From contig OZ316897.1 of the NCBI GenBank assembly GCA_973895155.1, positions 2,619,416-2,683,415 of the forward strand: a DNA stretch of 64,000 nt, written 5' to 3'. The notes beneath the pieces were generated by a model, which saw only the letters and a list, made by a program, of their open reading frames with translations, had not been told where the DNA came from and ran no database searches. The position numbers and the translations under genes were made by a program. Shown here one piece after another: positions 13,453 to 26,736 of the stretch (its first letter is position 1; each line of letters starts with the position of its first letter). The DNA comes from Marsupella aquatica. Its lineage: Eukaryota > Plantae > Marchantiophyta.

Positions 13453-13870
13453 ATGCTCTACAACAATGTACTCGTCGGACTCAAGAACGTGGCGAGCTTG
13501 ACCATGACGAATGTGGCCTTCAAAGGCTGTATTCCTACTTCTTGCAGCACGCTGAACACCTTCCAGGTCCTGAACCTCGAGTCATGCAACATTGCTAGAC
13601 CTCTGCCTCAAGAGCAACTCCGCAGGTTTCACGGATCATTACTCACCCTTCAGCTTCCAGACCAGCTGTTCAGTGAACTCTGGAAGCCTGATATTCTACT
13701 CCTTCAACCAGTTTTCCAATTGTTAAGTTGGAGCATCACCTAAAACTGTTCCAACTAAAGTGTGTCCACAATGTCACGAGACGCATCTTGATCTTCAAAT
13801 CTTGACATCAATTAGCTGTCCTCCTGGCAGAGCAACACATTCAACGAGACAAAGAAGTCTTCCATTGCAC
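13453..13870 (+). pseudogene. Degenerate plant-type leucine-rich-repeat fragment
   Basis: LKNVASLTMTNVAFKGCIPTSCSTLNTFQVLNLESCNIARPLP resembles LxxLxLxxNxFxGxIP repeats; frame broken downstream. Confidence 0.5.
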
Positions 13871-16800
13871 GCCTAGCATCCCAAGGAGATCAAGCTACTC
13901 TTCACTAACTCCGTGGCAAACTTACAGAATAGAGGGGTTTGAAGCCAGATGTGCGAATGATGACCTTTGTCACTGATGATACTGATAATCTGCAGAGGAG
14001 TGGGAGTTGGAGTTGGGTGATGGATTCCAGTGACGAGTTTCGGTAAACTGGGATTTTTGACGACGAACCTGTCCGTGGGGGAACGAACCCGTCCCCAAGG
14101 CAAATGTGCAGAATTTTGGCGGGAGTGTAGAATGGAGTTTGGATTGGAACCTTGGAAAGGAATCCTGGAATCGGACGGAGTACATGCTAAGATAGACCAC
14201 ACCGTTTGACCTCAAAGCCCTTTAGACTTATTTATTTATTACAGTTCTTTAACCTATCCCCCAAACTCAGGAGCGTTTTTTAAAGAGGGAGTGCGTTGGG
14301 AAGGAACAGATGCGAGATGGGAAGGGGTGGCCATGTAGTTTGTAGGGGCCAGGAGGAAGCCGGGGTTGTGGCTGCCTTATTGCAATGCAAGGGAGCCGGC
14401 CCGGTACTCCCGTACTCGTCACGATGGGAAGGAGTCGGTCCGGGTTAAGGTAGAACCCAGTGTAGAATAAACTGGGGTATGGTGCAGCCAATAGCGCCTT
14501 GCCATGTGCCATGTGACCAATAGGGATGACCTCAGGTAAAGTACATGAGTTAAGTTAACCCATTTACGGAAAGAGGTTCAACTTAGGAACTAAAATAGTT
14601 TGGAGGACATGTTGGTAATTATGGTCAGTTTGGGGAATAGGTTAGTAAAAAATGGTTATTTATCATTTCACCCTAACAGGGCCACTCTTGCCTGTGTGAT
14701 ATAGTGGGGTGAATATTTATACCGAGGGAAAATGCTATCTGGATAAAAAGTAACATTTGAGAGAGGTCTGTGCCGGTTTGTGACCATAGATCTGAGCATC
14801 TTGTCAAACCTTGTGATCCATGGGACCATGGATTTTGATTTCATTTTCTGACTTTAAATTCTATCACCAAAGCAAATAATTAGGGGAAATTAATTTAGGA
14901 CGCCCCAATTGCTTGTCGTGCATGATTGAACTGGGTCATTGGCACATTTAAGCTTTACATCTTACTGCAATAGAAAATGTATAACATCCATAATACACTG
15001 ATATTCATTTTAAGTGCAAGTGCAAAACATGGACAAGAGCAAGGCATGGGCTTTTCTCACCTAGAGTTTCCTGTGGGAACTGCCATTTTTGCCCTTCTAA
15101 GAGCATACGCACCTTCATTCTAGCTTGAGGCTTTTTTTCGCTTGCACCAGTGGTAGGTATCACCAATTGTTTTCCAAGCTGCTATGTCCAAACTTTTCCC
15201 GGCCAGAATACTTGGCCTTTTTTCAAGTCTGTATTCTCTTTTTGCCAGTGCTGTGCTCCAAACCACCTACGTGGCTGCTGGTTCCACAAGTTTACATCTC
15301 AGGCCTCACTAGATCATTTTCTAGTTTGTATGAAACAGCCACGAATTGCTCCTGCATTCTGGAGTGCATTTGAGTAGGTTTTGCACGAATTGCTCCTGCA
15401 TTCTGGATGCCGTTTGTCCATCCCAATCAGATCATGATGCAGGCGTTTTAGTAACAGCTATGACTTTCCCTCTAGTAACATTGGGCCGCAAAACCGGTGC
15501 ACATGCTCTAAGCAATGCAGGGAATCTTACTGAACAATAATGTGTAACTGCAAACCCTCTAGGACTGCAATCTACAAGACCCAAAATGTTGTCAAGCGTA
15601 ATAAACTTTTACCACCAGAAGTGCAGCATGAATATGCACCAATAAAGGCAATGGAAGATTACATGGAGTAAATATTGCAGGTACCAGATAAATCCAGGGT
15701 CATGGAATCTCAGGGGTCTCACTATGTGCAGCCCCCCATCACGTGCAAACGTTTTGAAGGCCTGAACACCCTAATAATGAATCATTTTCCCCATATCCTT
15801 TCTTTTCCTTTTTCCCTTCCCCGTGCCCTCCCTTTCTCTCCTTCTGGTCTTGCTCCCTCACCCCTTCCCTCCTTCCCCCGCCCTACTGATGCCTCCAACA
15901 TGATTTAGGAGGAAAAAAAATGGAGGAAGAAGCAAAACTAACCCACAGTAAAAAAGAGAATTCTATTTCAAAAAAGCGAAAAGCCAAAACTGCTCTTATA
16001 CCAATGCTCTGCTTATCTATGGGCTTTCGTGCCAAAAAGTATTCTATGTAAAGTACTCTATACTAACATTAAATATTGTCAGCATGTTGTACCTACTTAT
16101 TAGGTACGATTTGAGTCAATCCAAGGGTATGGAAAACTCTCGATTACATATTTTTAAAAGTTTATAAACAGACTGTACGGAAACATGTAGATAGGATATG
16201 GTATTGTAGTGTTGGATAAAATGCTCTGGAAAACTTATTTTCCGTCCTCTGCCCAATAAGAGTTTTAGTGTTCTAGGCCACTTAGTGGGGTCTTTGGTTT
16301 TTTGTTCCTATTTGGTTGTGGGCTTGTTGGACTTCTTTGGTCATCTTGGGGCATTTTTCCTCGCCCTTTGCCCTCTCTTGATTGGGTTGCTTCCTTTGGG
16401 ACCCTGTCTCCCAGTTTGGAGTTTTTGCCCTATTGCACTATGATATATTACATTTTTGGTTGAAACAGTGGCAAACATGTGTTTTGACTTTCTGGCAGCA
16501 AAATACCAGAAAACAATTTGGGTCGGAAAAATCCTTTGTCTGAGAGTGGCAGCTCGGAAGTACATTTTATTACCTTTTTGTGGCCCAAGACCTCGAACCA
16601 AGTTCCTACTACGGTACTTTGCCTTTTATGTGCAATCAACGTATCTCGGTTTGAGAATATTTAAGCTGGTGCATAGAAAAAGGAGTGTGACTAATGTCGG
16701 AGATTTAAAGCTTTAGTGCCGTCGGTGTTGATCTGATTGCTGCGGAAGCGTCAGAAGATACACTTTCCGTACACTGCCAAAGTCTCTCCACATCGGGCCG

Positions 16801-19800
16801 GCCGCCGGTTGCTGCTTTCCACTTTCAATTCAATGCAGAAAGAGCTAAATACCACAGCCATTGACTGGTAGGCAGATTAAGTCGATGCGGTTCTTCTCCT
16901 ACCACCGACATAGCAGATGAGGTCAGGATGTTGGCTGTGTTTTTTGGGGGGAAAGACGAGAAAAAGAGGTTTGATGATAATCTCATGAAACATACCATCC
17001 GTGACTATGTGTTGCAGGACGATATAGATTCCAAGCTGGATGATAAGAGGGCACAAAATCAACCCCTACGTGCTCTTTTCAAAAATTATAGATGCACCTG
17101 ACCCTACTGCTGGAGATGCTCTGAGAGGGCACAAGAGACTGAGAATCGACGGACGATCTCTAAGAAAATAATGCATGCGTAAATTGGCTGAAACCAGGCA
17201 ATCAACCAGCACTTGTGTTTAGGCCTCTCCAATATGTTTTCCTATAAGCCTCGCCTCCCAAAGATGCTTTCCCCTAAACCTCCCCAAGATGCTTCACTCT
17301 AAGTCACCTACAATAGATTTCAGAAGAGATCAAACTTAGCTACGGAAGAGTAGAAGAGACTAGATTGGAATGAAACTCAGGGCAAAGTCAGGAGAAGGAC
17401 GCAAATCAGCTCCTATTTTTTGGGATAAGCAATTTCTGGGCAGATTGAGGAACGGAGAAAATAACTAAGGGCAAACTCAGAGAGAGATAAATAATTCACC
17501 TGGTACTTTCGGATTCAACGACTTCTGGGCAAATTTAGCCTGGTTGAACTCTTGGGGAGATTTGATTGTCACCATTTTTAGTTTGTGCGTGAAATGCCTA
17601 TCATCCTGTGCATCAATTTATACACAACTCTAATACTCCGCGGATTCGGAGTGTCTGTCCTCTGCATCCATTTATAAACAACTCTAAAATTCTGTGCAGC
17701 TCTTGTGGGATGTTCGTATAGAGCATTGGTACAAAAAAGGAGTGCAAACACTCCGAAGATTTGGAGTGTCTATCATCCTCTGCATCCATTTATATACAAC
17801 TCTAAAATACTCTACAGCTCTTGTGGGATGTTTGTACAAAGTATTGGTAAACAAAGGCGATCAGTTGGGTTTTTTTGTTTCCCCATATCAGCTAAGCTTC
17901 GGTCTGCCTGCTTTGCTACCACGAACGTGTTTCAAGACTGAGCCCCATAAAGTTCAGTGCTTTAAGACGTTGTATGAACACGGCCCACCTACTCCTGTTT
18001 CATCGCGAATGACCAGGGGTGGTGTACAATGGCACGAAACAATATTAAAAAACGATCAATTGCGAAATCTGAGAATTTGCAAGCAAACTCAAATATCTGC
18101 TTCGTATCGAGACTACCACATTTGAGCAAGGAACAGTAGATTGTGCACTAAGATCACGACGACCAGAAAGGAAGCGTTCGAGCAACTTTTTAAGCCGCAG
18201 AATGGGAAATGACGGCCACACAATAACGCATCACTCCTCCACTCAATTAACTGCAATCAGGAGGGGCACCTTTACAGCAACATTGACGAAAGGATTACAA
18301 CAAGGATCTCATTTTCAGACAGGTTCCAGGCATTGGTATACTCTAAAATCTCCGAGCACAGAAACATAGATAAGGTTGAGAGTGACTGCATCAATTTTCG
18401 TGGACAAAGCAGAGCAGTATTGACCTCAAAGATTTCTTTCACACACCTATAACACAGCTGCCTTACTAGTCCTCCATTTGCGACCATTGTTCTGGGATGG
18501 CATGCCAAGGAATGTTGAGCTTGATTACCCAGCCCTTCAGCCACTAACGGTGGGAAACATCGGTTACCAACAGATACACGTCCTTCATCTACCTAAAGAG
18601 CCAAATTCTCATCGATTAATACTAATCAATTGATTTTCCCACTAGCAACAATAATAGAAGAAACGGGACACCTGGACTAATGTGCTGCTGTAGACTTTAC
18701 CTATATACGAAGCACTAACAAGCATCAATAGAGCAAACCTGGCCTAATCATACCCACACAACCCCTCCATTCACGGGTGGAACACAACGTGCGCAATTTT
18801 GAGTGTAACGATCGAGATTGGCATCAAATTGACCAACCCTACGTCAGCAAGAAAAACATCGGAGGCAAATGCGGATTAAACCGTCTCGTCGTGATTTTCC
18901 CTGATTGAGCACCGATGAGGGGAACACAACTCAAACTGCCAACGTCGCCGAGGCGACATCCATCCAACTACGCAGCGCCCTCAAGAATTAGTATACCAAA
19001 TGCTACTGTTTGGCTCTTTGCATGAAGACGTCTCACCTCCGATTCTTTTACCACGAATGACTAGAATTCGCCTAACATGGCCCGAAACAAAATTGATAAA
19101 ACCATAATTACGGAATCTCCGCATATACAAACAAACTCGAGCAATCTCCTTCGTCTCTAAATACAGCATTTGCCAAAGTAGACTACCAGTGCGCTATGAT
19201 CACGAGGAAGCAAAGAGGGAGCTGGAGAGCAACTTTTTATAGTAAATGACGGCCAAACAATAATTCATCATATTCCACTGAAAATGACTGGACTCACGAG
19301 GGACACCTATACAGCAACGTAAACAAAAGGATTACAAAACAGGTATATAATCCAGTTGGAATGATCTGAAATACGGGGGATCACCACCGAGCAAATAGTA
19401 CGATCTTCTTCAGAAAGACAAACTCTTCGTCATTACATGATCCAAAACGGACTCCCCACCGCTAAAAATTTCCTCTTAAACAGATCAAGACGTAGGAACA
19501 AAGAAGAAGCGCAAAAGTCTTCTTCTGAGGGCATAAATGCGCCAGAGCTACTGTTGTCCCTGTGATTTCTCCGGCATTGCCTTGCCGAAATTGGGGAGAG
19601 GGATAAAAGGACATTCAGTTGGCGTAGAGTTGTCAGCTGCACAGTAAGTCCGCCACCCCTCCTGGTAACATCCAACATGCGATACATTCGGTGGGTGCAT
19701 GATGGACCTTGATCCCTTCCCTGCGCATACCCCTTTCCTAGAATCTAATTGATGGGCTGATTGAATCCCTGCCCGACCCTCGCCTACAAGCAGAAGCATG

Positions 19801-20036
19801 TACAATGGGAGATAGTAAAACCACACCACAAAACGATTTGGACAGTGGATGACTACAAAGTTGTGAATCTTACAGATCATAATTGGGGTATGAACCCACA
19901 AGAAGCTGCGTTCTGTTCAAAGACTCGATTGATTGGTCACGCAATCTGACCAACCCGAGCCATAATGTTTCACGATACGAAAAACAGAACACTGCAGACC
20001 ATCTCCTCCACAGCATGAGAAACAGAGCTATCCCTT

Positions 20037-21395
20037 TCACTTGTCCGCCTTCTTAGATCGCTTGGGCTTGGTCCCTGGAGTGACAGGCGACGCAGAGGAC
20101 CCGGGTGGGGAGAGCCGCTTGCGATGTCGAGGCAACTTCTTCTTCCCACCAAAAGCAGACGAAAAAAAGAGGAATGCGACTAGCACCGGCAAAGCCAATA
20201 AGGCAGAGGCGACAAACCACACCAGCTCTTTAGTGATGATAGAGGCTGCAAATTCATTCTTAGAAAGATGTTTCTTCACCGCCACCTGCAGATTTTCGTG
20301 GTGCCTCTGTGCAGCTGAAATCGCACCCCTGAAGTAGGGTGATGACTTCTCAAGGTAGGGATTCACAAACTTCCGAGCCCGCTCCAAATGTGGCTTCGAA
20401 GCAGTGGAAATTTGATCCACATATTTCCTCGTACGCTCCTGCACTAGGGTTACGTATGGCCGGCTCGTTTCTAACACCGTCTTAAAATGAGGCTCCAAAA
20501 ACTCCTCAGCTTTGCCGACATACTCTGTCCTCACATACTCGTACGCTTTCGAGGTCTTGGATCGTGCCAGCTCAAGGTGGGGGGAGACAGAGTCAGTGAC
20601 AGCCTGCCAGTACTTCCGGACTGGAGGACCAACCTTGCTTGCGACCCTGTCCAAGTGAGGCCTGACAAAGCGGTGGGCTTGTGATGCCTTCAACGAGGCC
20701 TGTTTGTAGAGAGCGTCGACCCGGGGTTTGGCGTGGGACGACCACTTGGAACGTACCCTGGATTGGAGAAGGGCAAGATGAGATGCGGCCCAGGGAGGCA
20801 GCCATTGGTTGTGGACCCTGGAAAGTTCCTCACCGTGGGTCTTGAGCCTCATCTCTGCTTCCGAGATGTCCATCTCGGCATTCTTGAGCACCTTCTCGAC
20901 TTCCGCCGCGTGCTTCTTCGAAGCCGCTAATGAGGCTTGAGATTTTTCGTACTTCGAGGTGAGATCACGGACCGTTTCCTCGGCAGATTCAGCTCGCTTC
21001 TTCAGTGCTTCAGCGTACTTGTGAGCCTGTTCGGATTCCTTTGTGGCCGCGGCTGCCTGCCCCTCCAGCTCCTTGACCTTGATCGCCATGGAATCAAGCT
21101 CCTTCTCGAGTTTCAATAGGGTTTTCTTCTCGGCGCCACCATCCTTCTGTTCCTTGAATGTCGCAAGCTCATTTTCGATCACGCCGACGTGCGCCTCTTT
21201 CTTCTCGAGGCTGGAATCCAGAGTTTCCACCTTCGTCTTCAACCTCTCAATCTCCCTAATTAGAGGTGCCACCTTGTCACCACTCCCCACGCTCTCCTTG
21301 TCTTCCACCACCAATCCCGCATTTCCAAGCACCAATCCAACAGACAGGAGCCCTACTAGGAACGCCAACAGCCATCTCCGCTCGATTGTCCCCAT
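20037..21395 (-). CDS. Secretory-pathway coiled-coil membrane protein of a plant 'myosin heavy chain-related' family, single-exon CDS
   Basis: Signal peptide MGTIERRWLLAFLVGLL, long coiled coil, family motif WLPPWAA, C-terminal TM segment ELVWFVASALLALPV and basic tail ending ADK; first likely ATG at 21395. Confidence 0.8.
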   Translation of the reverse strand: MGTIERRWLLAFLVGLLSVGLVLGNAGLVVEDKESVGSGDKVAPLIREIERLKTKVETLDSSLEKKEAHVGVIENELATFKEQKDGGAEKKTLLKLEKELDSMAIKVKELEGQAAAATKESEQAHKYAEALKKRAESAEETVRDLTSKYEKSQASLAASKKHAAEVEKVLKNAEMDISEAEMRLKTHGEELSRVHNQWLPPWAASHLALLQSRVRSKWSSHAKPRVDALYKQASLKASQAHRFVRPHLDRVASKVGPPVRKYWQAVTDSVSPHLELARSKTSKAYEYVRTEYVGKAEEFLEPHFKTVLETSRPYVTLVQERTRKYVDQISTASKPHLERARKFVNPYLEKSSPYFRGAISAAQRHHENLQVAVKKHLSKNEFAASIITKELVWFVASALLALPVLVAFLFFSSAFGGKKKLPRHRKRLSPPGSSASPVTPGTKPKRSKKADK

Positions 21396-22740
21396 CTCTC
21401 TCCCCTCCCTCTCGCCTACAATCATCCACTCAAACCCCACCCCTCCCCTGCTATCGTCTCTTTCAAAAACCTTTCTACGAAACCAAGGCAAGAGAGAGGA
21501 AATTTCAATCCCACGAAGCACTTGAACGGCAATCCACCATCCCACGAGAGAAAGGCGTTGAGGAAGACGGTCCTTCTAGCACATCAGACCTCCTGTCCAG
21601 CAAATAGACGTCGTAGCAGTCACGAGGAACACATATCCATGGAGTGTCGGCCCTTATTTCAAATGCCGGATCACACAAAAACCAATCCACAACTCCTCCG
21701 CCTCGCCTCGCCTCGCCTCGGAGCCTCTCTGATCAGTAACACACGAGACTCGCTCCGTGCGTTTCGTCGAAGAACGTTGCCATCGCTGTGGGAAGGAGAG
21801 CAATTGAAGGCCGGGGCAGGGGCTGCGACAGAAGGTAAACAACGACGAGTAAATAATTAGGTTTCCGCAAGGGAATTTTAGGGGACGGCCCTGCTGAATC
21901 TGGGTGGCCTCGCTGGCCCCTCGGCACTGGCCCAACAGCAGTTTCGCTGGCCCTTTTCCTTAGCCCGCGGGGGAGAAAGTGGGTGCCCAGGGTACAAAGA
22001 GAAATGTACATTAACCTGCTCAGAGATAGCCTAGTTCATCGGGCGATTGACTGACACGTGTCCGTAGAGGGGAACGGGGAGGCACGTGGCTGACATCCGA
22101 GTGTGGTGTACCGGGGCCCAGTCCGATACGGATGCGGCCATGCTGGAGCATGCAGGGTGGAATCCTAGCAACACATAAATAACTTTACAATTTGGATGCG
22201 ACGAACAGAATCTTTTTGTAAAAATCTGGGTTAGCAAAGCTACGATAGACCGCCAAATTGTGTGTCCAGGCCCAATGGACCGACAAAGCTCCAGTAGCAC
22301 TTTTGACTTGTGCAAGTTTGCAGGCTCTTTCAATTAGTTTGCCCCATGTTCTGTACGATAGAGGCTGGAACGTAAATTATGTCAGGAACATTTTAGGAGG
22401 CCCTTGTTATTCACATAATCTGTTTTAGGAGGCTCTTGTTATTCACATCATCTGTTGTGTGAAAAGTGTTGGCCCTTGCTATTCCCATAATTTATATATT
22501 GTCTGAAAATAACACTTTTTGGGACAGAAGTTCTGCACTGTAATGCTTTTCTGGGCAGGGGTTCTAGCAAGAACACTGCTCCAAAAAAACTCATTGAATC
22601 TTTCCTGCTGGGTGCCAGTAAAGTATTCTTCACTTTTTGGTCACAGGATAATATATAACTCCAAACCAGACCTGCATTATCCTATTCCTGTGTGACCAGA
22701 GCAGCTGGTCTGCTTAGCCATTACAAGAGCCAAAACTTGG

Positions 22741-23050
22741 AATGTGGCTCAAAATATATATATCTGTTGAGCTCTCCAGAAAAGTCATCTAAATAGCTCA
22801 GCAATGTTGTGTGGAGAAGGGATGGAGCGTCTTTGCCTTCAAGCTACTACCTCAACCCCATTGGAATTGAGCCAAATGGGTGGGTGATCGAACTGCAATG
22901 TGGCTCAAAATACATATCTGTTGAGCTCTCCAGAAAAGTCATTTAAATAGCTCAGCAATGTTGCGTGGAGAAGGGATGGAGCATCTTTGCCTTCATGCTA
23001 CTACCTCAACCCCATTGGAATTGAGCCAAATGGGTGGGTGATCGAACTGG
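22741..23050. repeat. Direct tandem duplication, unit about 156 bp
   Basis: aatgtggctcaaaata...gggtgatcgaactg occurs twice, near-identical. Confidence 0.85.
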
Positions 23051-24513
23051 AAGGTGTGATAAAAATTATCCACTTCAGTCCATCACTCCCATGTGGCGGT
23101 TGCAAGCCAGCCATGTAAGAGACCCATCAAGCCATCACCAATCATGTTTCTAGTACTAGAGGCATTTCAGAAACATGACCTAATGATGACTTGCTCCAGA
23201 GGGTCCGATCCTTAGGTAGTCAACTGCTTTGTGACAAAAATCTCACATTTGAATCCAACCAAAACTCAAGTACCCCTTTTCTTTTCAATGTAAAGTCACT
23301 ACTTACTTTATGCAGTCCATAGGGATGGACAGGAACAACATTTGGGTCCATCCAAGATTGCTTTCATATATTAGAAAGCTTGTGATACCTCTGAAGAATG
23401 CTGGGATGAAAATTTTAAGAACACTCTTAGTTAGTATTTTATTAGATGTCAATACTGACACTTTTTTGTATACATTACCTTTCAATGTAAAAAACAAAAG
23501 CAGGAGAATGACATTCTGGCTTTATGGTATTTCCTGGACTGAAACAATAATTACCATTTTGCACAGGTCCTTGGCCAACTAGTATGGCACCTGCCCACTA
23601 TACTAACTGTAATTGTAATGACTATTGGAAGTGTCGTGGTGTCACCGCATTGAGGGCTCAGAATGCCCACATGAGAATTTTCATGTAGATAGCTCGATAA
23701 TTGAAATCACTGCAAAACCCTGGTTCCGTCATCTAAGTTTACTGGATGATACTGGATATGGTATTGAGCGTGTCCCCCGGCGTGTCCTCATTATTTCTAT
23801 GATTTAAGGTCCCTCACACATCTGAATTACATTATGGGCCTTACAAAATCCCTTAATGTTTGGTTGTGTCACAATTAGCATCTGTCATGCGGCTTATGGA
23901 ATGTGGTGATTTAGGGTCCTGGCACAACTGGGCCACATAGCTTACTTAGGGTTCTGCATACAGTCAGGCCCATCCACACATGACTGTTTTTTAGAGGTGA
24001 CATTAATATGAATGGGCCTGACTGGGTCTATTAAAGCAATTAGAAAAACTGCAGTTCAAAAAGCCGCAGAGCTTGCCAAGTACTTAATAGGAAAATTCAC
24101 ATTGATGTGCATTTGCACCACACCTTAACATCTGCAATGTAGTTGCACCACATTGCCACAATGCTCACACCGCAACACAGTGCCTAACAAAACCTAAAGT
24201 TGAAATGGCAAATGCCATTGCGCATTTAATGTTTACGTACCCGGGGTTGTGTTGATTCATCCATTGCTTCTGATTGGTCTCACCAGGAGTGGCCAGTAAC
24301 TCATACTGGAGACCTAAATTACGCATACAAACTCAAATCTAGGAGTCTTTTACTGCCCCATATCGGGTCACCTCATTACAAGCCACTAAGGGTTGCCTAG
24401 ACCTGAGTTATCCTATAAAGTAATGAGTAGGGTAATCCATCACCTTGAAGGTAGTGGGTTGAGACTTGCAAGGGAGGTGGAGTTTGGGAGGGCCACAACT
24501 CATTTACCTCTAA

Positions 24514-24857
24514 TGTTAGATATTGCTCTAGTCTTGTGACTCATGAGCTAACCACAGTTAGTCTAACTCGGGTTAGGACTTAGCTAATGTTAGCGGTAGT
24601 GCTGTTGTGTATATAGCCAGGGCTGATGCCAGACCCTGGTGGAACTTAGGCTCATTGTTACGGAGCTAGTTGAGAGATAGGGAGAGCTTGTGCTGTGGAT
24701 GCTTGGTATGACCGGTCGGCCTAGAGTGCAGTAAAGCTCTTGTGTGTTCCCGTGGACGTAGCCTCATGTGGAGGTGAACCACGTATCTCTCTGTGTCGAC
24801 TATTGTGCATTGGATGGTTCATGGGCTTGCCGTTACGAATGTCGTCTATGCTCAACA
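24514..24857 (+). repeat. 5' LTR of copia copy 2 (344 bp)
   Basis: TGTTAGA...CTCAACA, followed by the PBS. Confidence 0.95.
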
Positions 24858-24859
24858 AG

Positions 24860-24871
24860 TGGTATCAGAGC
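24860..24871 (+). other. Primer-binding site for tRNA-iMet
   Basis: TGGTATCAGAGC two nt after the LTR end. Confidence 0.93.
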
Positions 24872-26736
24872 ATGCCTGGGAGGTGACGAGGTTTTTTCGT
24901 GATGGGTTTTCCAGCGTTCAGTGTCGGTGACACATTTGGAGTTTCATCGCATGAAACTTGAATGTGTGTGGCTGAGTGGATAGGTTAGTGAGAGGGCTTT
25001 CTAACGGTGGTTAGAACTCGCTGATCGGTATCCGTGGTGCGGAGGAATTGAAATTTGCATCATTCAGGTTTTATTTGTGTTCGACGGCTTTTCGAGGGAG
25101 AGACCAGAGTTTGCGTTTTTCAACGGTGTGAGCTGTGCGGTGCGGGAGGGATTGCGCATTATAGCTCAAGTTGAAGGTTGAGGCGAGCTGGTCGTTTCGG
25201 TAGCTGGATTGCTACTGAGTTATTACCGAGTGAGACGTGACGAGTGACGGAGGTGTTCAGGTTTTTTCACAAGCTATGGAGCTTGTTCTCATCTGAACCG
25301 GGTTTCTCTTCGTGACGTCCGACTCGATGGAAGAGACGCGAAGTGCTACGGCTCAACGGTTTGATCGCGGCGAGGCGGTCGTTTTGAGCCCGGGATTGGC
25401 ACTTGACGCGGAGTGAAGACGATGGGGCGGATTTTTGTTTTGTTTTGTGCTGGAGCTGCAGACTGTGCCGGTGCAATTAGGCAACTTTTCCCATCGCAGC
25501 AATTTTTTTACTCATGAGAAACGATGGCAATTAGGTGAGTAACTCATTCACTTAATTTTGGGGGAGTTTTTGGCATTTTAAAGGGGTTAAGTTGGGGCCC
25601 CTTTTGTGTATACACAAGGTGTATACACACACCTTGTTCCCGGCCCCCCCGTAACCCTGTTTGTATCCCCCCCTCCCTGCCGCACCCCATTTTTAGGCGG
25701 GGTCCGCAGCGCCAGCTGGCACTCGCCCCGCCACCTCCTTTCCCTCGCTCGACGAGGGGGGGGACTCCCACCGCCAGACCTGCCATCAGGCCCCGCGCCC
25801 CGGACCTTTATCGCGCCCGTTTACGGCCCCGCCAACTCGCGGTAGTGCCCTGCCGACGGTAGCCGGTCGCCTGCCCTCGCACTCGCCGGCCCGCTCCCCC
25901 GCGCCTGTACACGGCAGTACGCCACCGTGCGTATTCGGCCCGGGCCTGGCCCTTTTACGTGTATTCGTCCCCTTGTATCCCTGTACCCTATCTGGCCCGC
26001 GTTTTTTAACGCGTATTTATGTTGAAGGGGCTTAAACCCCCCTTCTAAGGGCCCATTTTTTGTTTTTTCCCCGATTTGATGCTATTGCCTGTCCCGGGAC
26101 TGGTCACCCTCCATTTTAACCGCTCTGACAGGGGTAACGGCTCCCTGTGAGACCTGCTGTACTGTGCAGGAATATTCCCAAAAAACAGAGAGCTATTTTT
26201 TGGCCGTTCGACAAAGATTCTGTCGCCAAACGGTAACTTTTTTGGTTCTTTTTTGGCGAGGACGTAGCCATTGAAGTTGGCAACGCGGCGCACCGATCAC
26301 ATCGCGATTCTGACGACGGGTTGTACTTGGTAATTTGGTTATTCCCCGAGGTGGTCAAAACGGGGGAGTTTTCCAAGGTTTTATCCACCCTGACCAAAAT
26401 TTGAATAACTTTTCCGTTGAATTTTGATTTTGATTTTGGCTTTCAGTATTGGACTCCTAGTTTTGTGGGCTACGCGGCGGTGTTGAGTTTTGAGTTTTAT
26501 AAGAAGTTTCAAAAAAAGACATTTTTTCGTGATTGTTTCATATGAGTGACTCGGAGGATACTGGAAGAATTGGCGTCGGTGGAGCTTCAGGATCGCGATG
26601 ATCAGACGGAGAGTCTGAGGAGGAGCTCCTACCATTTGAGGAAGAACTAGTATCACCGGTATGATCACCGGTGCGGCGTGCAGTGGAGGAAGTTGTGTTA
26701 CTACCAGAGCTGTTGGTAGTGGGGAAGAAGAGGGAG

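Noticed and set aside
21396-21545. N-terminal extension of the 502-aa ORF
   Set aside because: Starts at a non-ATG codon; the ATG at 21395 directly precedes a signal peptide.
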